From NCBI GenBank assembly GCA_943332105.1, contig CALQOD010000002.1, positions 109 through 64,108 on the forward strand: a stretch of DNA of 64,000 nt. The letters are read 5' to 3'. The translations under genes and the position numbers were made by a program. Shown here piece by piece: positions 58,616 through 64,000 of this stretch; the first letter of the stretch is position 1, and every line of letters starts with the position of its first letter. The stretch is from Chitinophaga pinensis. Lineage in GTDB: Bacteria > Bacteroidota > Bacteroidia > AKYH767-A > OLB10. Below the pieces are notes generated by a model. The model was not told the DNA's origin and searched no databases. It was given only the letters and a program-made list of their open reading frames with translations.

Positions 58616-60943
58616 ATGCAAGTATCTACATATTTGAATCAAAAACGCACTAGCAGCATTCTTATTTTTTTGTTGATGTTATCCTATGTTGTCAATGCTC
58701 AAAATTTTGAGATAGGAAATTGGCGCGAGCATTTGCCTTACATACACGCAAAAAAAGTGGTTGAAGGAAATGGAAAAATATTTTGTGCAACCGACGATGG
58801 TTTTTATGGATATATTCTTTCTGATAAAACAATTGAGAGAAAGTCGAAGTTAAATGGACTAAGTGATTTTGGTATTAACGATATTGCATATTCTCACGAT
58901 TATCATGTTTTAGTTATTGCGTATAATTCTACAAATATTGATTTATTATATGATGATAATTCAGTTTTAAATATTTCTGATATTAAAAGAAAAAACATTC
59001 CAGGCAATAAAAGAATAAATAGTGTTAGTATTGATGGTGGATACGCTTATATTAGTTGTGGTTTTGGAATTGTTGTTCTTGATTTACAACGAAGGGAAAT
59101 CAAAGACACTTACTATGTTGGTGCATTAGGTAATATTGAAGTTTTTCAAGTGGCTATTGATGATAGTTGTTTATACGCTGCTTCCGAAGATGGTATCTAT
59201 AAAGCAAACAAATCAAATCCATTACTTGCAAATTCTGCTAACTGGCAAAAAATTTATGATGATTTAAATAGTCAAGGTAAGTTCAACTATGCAGTTAATT
59301 TTAATTCTACTTTGTTTTTTAATTATTCAAAATCTAATGCAGACACATTAATTGCCTATGATGGAAACTGGGGATATCCACTTCCGTTATCAATGAAAAA
59401 TCTATCGCTTTTAAAAAATATTCAAGTTTCAAATAATAATTTAGTATTGGTAACTGATGATTCATCATTATATTATGATAATACTTTAAGTTTAAATAAT
59501 GTTATAAGTTCTGGTCAGGTATGGGATCCAACATTTCGAAGTGCAATTAAAGATGATCAAGGCGGATATTGGATTGCCGATAACAATAAAGGTTTGTACT
59601 ATTTACAAGCGAATTCATTGAGTACAATTATTCCGCAAGGTCCATATAGTTCTGGCAGTAATGATATAGAATTTAAAAATGGTGTAATGTGGTTGTCTCA
59701 TGGCCCTGAAAACAGAACTTGGTCAAACCAATACGGCTATAATGGTTTTTCTAAATTTGAAAATGGAACATGGATAACTTATGATGGATTATCAGCACAA
59801 ACACAGTTATTTGGCACCTATAATTTTTATGATAATGTTTCTATAGCGATAGATCCTTCTAACGCTAATCATATTTATGTAGGAGCATCTGGGCCAGGTT
59901 TGTTAGAATTTAGTAACGGACAGCCAGTAACGCTTTATAGCTATAATAATAGCTCATTAACACAACAAGTTGGTAATCCAAGTCAAGTTAAAGTTCATGG
60001 AATTGCATTTGATGAAAACAATAATTTATGGGTTTCAAATGCTGGGTCATTGAATGTAATTAATGTTAAAAAACCGAATGGTCAATGGAAGGGATTTACA
60101 TTTCCAGGAATCGTAAATAGCAGTTCTAAGTGTGGTGATATTATTATTGATCAGAATGGATACAAATGGCTAACGATCTTTGAAAATGTAGGAGGGAAAG
60201 AAGGAATCTTGATTTTTAATGATAACCGTACAATTGATAACACAAGCGATGATGAATATGATGTTGCAGATTTTGGATCTAATAGAGTAAGAGCAATTCA
60301 AATGGATTTAGAAGGTACTATCTGGGCCGGTACCGATCAAGGAGTATACATTTTTTATCCGCCAAGTATAACACCTCAGCAAATCTTAATAAAGCAAGAT
60401 AATGCTTACCAATATTTATTAGCTACTGATGTAGTAACAGTTATTGCAGTTGATGGAGCAAATAGAAAATGGATTGGAACCGAAAGCTCAGGACTTTACT
60501 TGCTAAGTGCTGATGGCCAAGATCAGATTAAGCATTTTACAGTTGATAATAGCCCATTGTTCTCTAATAATATTACAGCTCTAAATATTAATGATATTAC
60601 AGGGGAGGTTTATATTGGTACTGAAAAAGGGTTGTTAAGTTATCAGAGTGATGCAGTTGCTGGAGATAAAGAAATCTGTGGTGATTTAATTGCATATCCT
60701 AACCCGGTTGAAAAAGGATATGATGGAGACATTGCAGTTAAGGGAGTGATTGCAAACGGTATAATAAAAATTACAGATATAAGTGGAGGATTGGTTTTTG
60801 AAGGAAAAGCATTAGGCAGCCAGGCTGTTTGGAATGGTAAAAATTTAAAAGGAGAAAAAGTTCAATCAGGTGTTTATATTGTATATGCTGCGGATGCAAC
60901 GGGACAATTTCATTGCACGACGAAGTTGATGATATACAGATAA
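58616..60943 (+). CDS. porZ: double beta-propeller (Reg_prop repeat) protein with T9SS CTD, PorZ-like
   Basis: Signal peptide and repeated G-x-x-G-[LIV]-[YL] propeller blades (DGIYKA, KGLYYL, PGLLEF, QGVYIF, SGLYLL, KGLLSY). C-terminal AYPNPV...VQSGVYIVYA...TKLMIYR. The 775 aa matches the remembered size of PorZ. Orthology unverified. Confidence 0.55.
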   Translation: MQVSTYLNQKRTSSILIFLLMLSYVVNAQNFEIGNWREHLPYIHAKKVVEGNGKIFCATDDGFYGYILSDKTIERKSKLNGLSDFGINDIAYSHDYHVLVIAYNSTNIDLLYDDNSVLNISDIKRKNIPGNKRINSVSIDGGYAYISCGFGIVVLDLQRREIKDTYYVGALGNIEVFQVAIDDSCLYAASEDGIYKANKSNPLLANSANWQKIYDDLNSQGKFNYAVNFNSTLFFNYSKSNADTLIAYDGNWGYPLPLSMKNLSLLKNIQVSNNNLVLVTDDSSLYYDNTLSLNNVISSGQVWDPTFRSAIKDDQGGYWIADNNKGLYYLQANSLSTIIPQGPYSSGSNDIEFKNGVMWLSHGPENRTWSNQYGYNGFSKFENGTWITYDGLSAQTQLFGTYNFYDNVSIAIDPSNANHIYVGASGPGLLEFSNGQPVTLYSYNNSSLTQQVGNPSQVKVHGIAFDENNNLWVSNAGSLNVINVKKPNGQWKGFTFPGIVNSSSKCGDIIIDQNGYKWLTIFENVGGKEGILIFNDNRTIDNTSDDEYDVADFGSNRVRAIQMDLEGTIWAGTDQGVYIFYPPSITPQQILIKQDNAYQYLLATDVVTVIAVDGANRKWIGTESSGLYLLSADGQDQIKHFTVDNSPLFSNNITALNINDITGEVYIGTEKGLLSYQSDAVAGDKEICGDLIAYPNPVEKGYDGDIAVKGVIANGIIKITDISGGLVFEGKALGSQAVWNGKNLKGEKVQSGVYIVYAADATGQFHCTTKLMIYR

Positions 60944-60946
60944 AAA

Positions 60947-60972
60947 AGCCCTGTAGTCTTCACTACAGGGCT
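60947..60972. terminator. bidirectional hairpin terminator
   Basis: AGCCCTGTAG TCTTCA CTACAGGGCT perfect 10-bp stem, with A-run before and T-run after. Confidence 0.8.
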
Positions 60973-60995
60973 TTTAAATTTGGAGTTAATGAAGA

Positions 60996-61181
60996 TTATT
61001 TACCTTTATTAGCCATATAGTTTTTGCCGCCTCGGCTCACAGTTGAATCGTACTTTAACCAATAGATTGCACCTGCAGCGATAGTCAAACCAAAAGCCCA
61101 GTTAACTAAAGCACCAATTGGAGGTAATAATTTAAATGCTGCAGTACAAATATCAGCGATTGCGTAAATAATTGAATTCAT
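60996..61181 (-). CDS. small two-helix membrane protein (61 aa)
   Basis: MNSIIYAIADICTAAFKLLPPIGALVNWAFGLTIAAGAIYWL with a basic tail. ATG 61181 is preferred over the tracked 61211. No family recognised. Confidence 0.45.
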   Translation of the reverse strand: MNSIIYAIADICTAAFKLLPPIGALVNWAFGLTIAAGAIYWLKYDSTVSRGGKNYMANKGK

Positions 61182-61248
61182 ATTGTTAAATTTTGATAGG
61201 CAAATGTACAAATTCTTGTAATTAAAAAAATTCTTAATTTAGAGAAAT

Positions 61249-62229
61249 ATGCTTGTTCGAATATTTAAATCTACTCAGTTCTACCCGGTTGCGCTAATTG
61301 TCTTATTTTCAATAGTTATCAATCTGATTTTTGGGTTTGTCCGAAGCCCACAACTAGCGCCAAATGGAACATTGTTCTTCCAAAGTATAACAAATTGGGC
61401 TGTTGGAATCAATCACTGGTGGATAAGTCTGATAGTATTTATTTTGCTGACAAGCCAGGCGCTTCATTTGAATTATGTACTTAATTACCATGAAATATTT
61501 TTTAAGCAGTCGTGGTTGCCCGCCTTGTTCTATTTGATATTCTCAACACAAGTTTCCGAATTTGTGCAATTATCGCCACTGTTAATCATCAATACGCTTT
61601 TTGTTTTTGTGATAGATAAGATATTCTCTTTATATAAAAATAAGAAAGCGATGGGGGCTACATTTGATGCAGCATTATTACTAGCAATCATTTCATTAAT
61701 ATACGCACCAGCCGTTTTTTTTATCCCCCTTTTTTTTATTGGAGTTACAATATTAAAGTCAATTTCATGGCGAGACTTATCAATTGGGGTAATTGGAATC
61801 ATTGTGCCGTTTTTATTGGTCTTAGTAATTAGTTTTCTAAATGGCCATCTGTTAGAATTTACTAATCAGTATAAGAATAGTTTTACATCAGTACCTGCAC
61901 TTGTAAACTATAATTTCCCAAAATATATTTTAACGATGTTAGTTATAGTAAGTTTATTTGTGTTGGCTCTCTTAAAATTGCGTAGTAATTATTTGAAAAA
62001 TGTAACGAAATCAAGGCTGTGTCAACAGATACTTTTGTTGTTTATTATTCTTGGACTAACTATGATACCTTTTTCAGCTACTTCGTGGTTGCAAAATTAT
62101 ATGGTATTATTAATACCGTTTTCGTCAATAGTAGCTTACTATTTTTTAGATGGGAAAAAAATATTTTACAGAGAGCTAATACTTTGGATTTTAATTGCAA
62201 ATTGGACTTACGCCAACTTTTTTATTTAG
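61249..62229 (+). CDS. polytopic membrane protein (possibly DUF6427-like)
   Basis: 326 aa, about 9 hydrophobic helices. The N-terminus MLVRIFKSTQ resembles my recollection of a flavobacterial DUF family, unverified. Confidence 0.6.
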   Translation: MLVRIFKSTQFYPVALIVLFSIVINLIFGFVRSPQLAPNGTLFFQSITNWAVGINHWWISLIVFILLTSQALHLNYVLNYHEIFFKQSWLPALFYLIFSTQVSEFVQLSPLLIINTLFVFVIDKIFSLYKNKKAMGATFDAALLLAIISLIYAPAVFFIPLFFIGVTILKSISWRDLSIGVIGIIVPFLLVLVISFLNGHLLEFTNQYKNSFTSVPALVNYNFPKYILTMLVIVSLFVLALLKLRSNYLKNVTKSRLCQQILLLFIILGLTMIPFSATSWLQNYMVLLIPFSSIVAYYFLDGKKIFYRELILWILIANWTYANFFI

Positions 62230-64000
62230 AAAATTTATAGTAACTATCATAATAATTTTTTAAATCCTCATTAGTTTCAAGTTCAATCAATTTTTTTCCT
62301 GATTGGTTTGTGAATGATAAGATATTATCAATATTTAATTTGTCTTTTTCAGAAGCAGATTCATTAATTTTTTCTAATTTATTTTTCGCATTGAAAAGTC
62401 CTTGTATGCAAAGCATTCTAATATACTTATTGCTAGTTTCACTACCTATGATGTAAAATTTTCTTGTGAACCTATCGAATATAGCAGGATTGTCTTGATT
62501 CTTTACATAGGTGTTGATGATATTCAGATCGCCATAATTAATATCCTCATTTGCATCAATATAATTGAACATAAAATCTGCACTGAATTCATCCCCGTAA
62601 TTGGAATAAAAATCAGCAGCAATTTCGCGTAAATTATTGTCACTTTCACTTTCAAGTATTTTAACTTTCTTCATTGCAGTCGATAAATCTTTATTTGCAA
62701 TTCCATTTAATGCGGCTGCCATTACGTTGTAAGAACTATCATTGCACAAATTGTTAAATAATGATATGATTCGACCACTCAAATCAAATGATGATATTTT
62801 TGTAATTGCAATTACCCTAACACTTGAATTTAATTTTGTATCGTTTGCTATAGCAATTAACTGATTTACTATTTCAATAGAGTCTGCTGAAATGAGTAAT
62901 GGTTCAATTTGATTTATTGCAAATGATTGAATCTTTTTATTTTTATCAGTCATCGCTTTACGAAATACAGTGGCGATATTGTTATTCCAATCTAAAATAC
63001 TTAAATGTTCTAAGGCATCTTTTTTATCTTGATATAGAAAAGAATTATTGTAAATAGCAATCCACTCAATCTCTGAATGAGTATCTGTTTTATTGCATGT
63101 CAGCATTTTTTCTGCGTCAAAATTTACTGCTAGCGGTTTTTCAGGAAATCTGAATTTGAAATTTTGTTTTTTATCTGTTAGTACAATGCGCTCTCTTACT
63201 TTGTAAGTCGAAAAATAGAAATCTACATCAATTGGAAGTTTATACAAAGGAGTCGTTGATAAATCTTGAAGCTGTTCTACAACTATTTCTTGATTCATTA
63301 TACTGGCATCCCAATTATAATTTATATTCAGAGATGGATGACCTTGATTTAAAAACCATTGATTGAAAAACCAATTTAAATCTTCTCCTGTAGTTTCTTC
63401 AAAAGCAAGTCGCAAATCATGAACCTCTGCTGTTTTAAAAGAATTTTTTTGGAGGTATAACTTAAGAGAAGCAAAGAACGCATCATCACCAACATACTTG
63501 CGTAACATGTGCAATATTGTTCCACCCTTTGCATAAGAGTGACGATCGAACATGTCTTCTCTGTTCTCATAATAAAAACGAATTAAATGTTCTTGCTTCA
63601 TTTTAGATTCGTCTAAGTAGCTTTTCAAATCGCTTTCTAATCCAATATCCGCTACATCCCTTCCGTACTTATATTCGTTCCACAGGTATTCTCCGTAAGT
63701 AGCAAAGGATTCATTTAATGGCAAATTAGACCATGATTCACATGTAGTGAGATCTCCAAACCATTGGTGAAATAATTCATGTGAAATTACATCTTCATTA
63801 GTGCCATCTAATAGTTCTCTTTTTGTTTGTTGTAAAAATTCTCCATGTAATGTTGCCGATGTGTTTTCCATTGCTCCACTTACATAATCGCGCGCAACTA
63901 CTTGGCTGTATTTCGGCCAAGCATAATCAACTCCAAGTGTTTTAGAAAAAAATTCGAGCATTTCAGGAGTATTACCAAAAATGGCTCTAGCATCTGCTTC
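62222..64000 (-). CDS. pepN: M1-family zinc aminopeptidase (aminopeptidase N-like), N-terminus beyond the window
   Basis: GAMEN exopeptidase motif, then HELFHQWFGD-x18-E (HEXXH+E) and a HEAT-like C-terminal region. The frame stays open from 63961 to the window edge. Confidence 0.9.
   Translation of the reverse strand, partial: EADARAIFGNTPEMLEFFSKTLGVDYAWPKYSQVVARDYVSGAMENTSATLHGEFLQQTKRELLDGTNEDVISHELFHQWFGDLTTCESWSNLPLNESFATYGEYLWNEYKYGRDVADIGLESDLKSYLDESKMKQEHLIRFYYENREDMFDRHSYAKGGTILHMLRKYVGDDAFFASLKLYLQKNSFKTAEVHDLRLAFEETTGEDLNWFFNQWFLNQGHPSLNINYNWDASIMNQEIVVEQLQDLSTTPLYKLPIDVDFYFSTYKVRERIVLTDKKQNFKFRFPEKPLAVNFDAEKMLTCNKTDTHSEIEWIAIYNNSFLYQDKKDALEHLSILDWNNNIATVFRKAMTDKNKKIQSFAINQIEPLLISADSIEIVNQLIAIANDTKLNSSVRVIAITKISSFDLSGRIISLFNNLCNDSSYNVMAAALNGIANKDLSTAMKKVKILESESDNNLREIAADFYSNYGDEFSADFMFNYIDANEDINYGDLNIINTYVKNQDNPAIFDRFTRKFYIIGSETSNKYIRMLCIQGLFNAKNKLEKINESASEKDKLNIDNILSFTNQSGKKLIELETNEDLKNYYDSYYKFSK

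Noticed and set aside
1-64000. Search for integrase, transposase, phage, restriction-modification or other defence genes that could explain the tRNA scars
   Set aside because: No supplied ORF shows tyrosine or serine recombinase, DDE transposase, nuclease-helicase or methyltransferase motifs that I could recognise. Any mobile element here is a remnant, or its genes lie outside the window.

Overview
AT-rich (G+C about one third by eye, not computed) chromosomal segment that looks like Bacteroidota, probably a gliding Flavobacteriia or Cytophagia-type organism. The phylum call rests on a SprA-sized type IX secretion (T9SS) translocon gene, a PorZ-like propeller protein, five proteins with T9SS C-terminal sorting domains and many lipoprotein signals. 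All calls come from reading the supplied translations and DNA by eye, using remembered family motifs. No homology search, HMM or folding program was run.

Most of the window is ordinary core genome:
- yceD-rpmF-plsX-fabH, accB-accC, and a SulP transporter next to a beta-carbonic anhydrase
- glutaryl-CoA-dehydrogenase-like gene, maeB, ruvA-sprA-gcvH
- ansA, tatD, a family-9 glycosyltransferase, a thioesterase
- prs-rplY-pth, aspS, and an M1 aminopeptidase that runs off the right edge
- four tRNAs: Cys-GCA, Ser-GGA, Arg-CCG and Leu-CAA

I found no CRISPR array, integrase, transposase or recognisable defence system.

Loci worth a second look:
1. A co-directional block of exported CxxC (thioredoxin-type) proteins around an outer-membrane beta-barrel. 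One member is a T9SS cargo carrying a CGPC motif.
2. A translationally coupled four-gene unit directly downstream of a 2151-aa repeat adhesin: hybrid histidine kinase, degenerate receiver, GT-C-like membrane protein and DgkA-family kinase.
3. A recent 498-bp tandem duplication inside that adhesin.
4. Partial self-copies of tRNA-Ser and tRNA-Arg with nested repeats. The tRNA-Arg site lies next to a hipBA toxin-antitoxin pair and a membrane-anchored class-A beta-lactamase-like gene.
5. An orphan LuxR regulator with Glu at the phospho-acceptor position, and a secreted protein that is essentially only a T9SS sorting domain.

None of these is proven novel. Each needs the database and structural checks listed with it.
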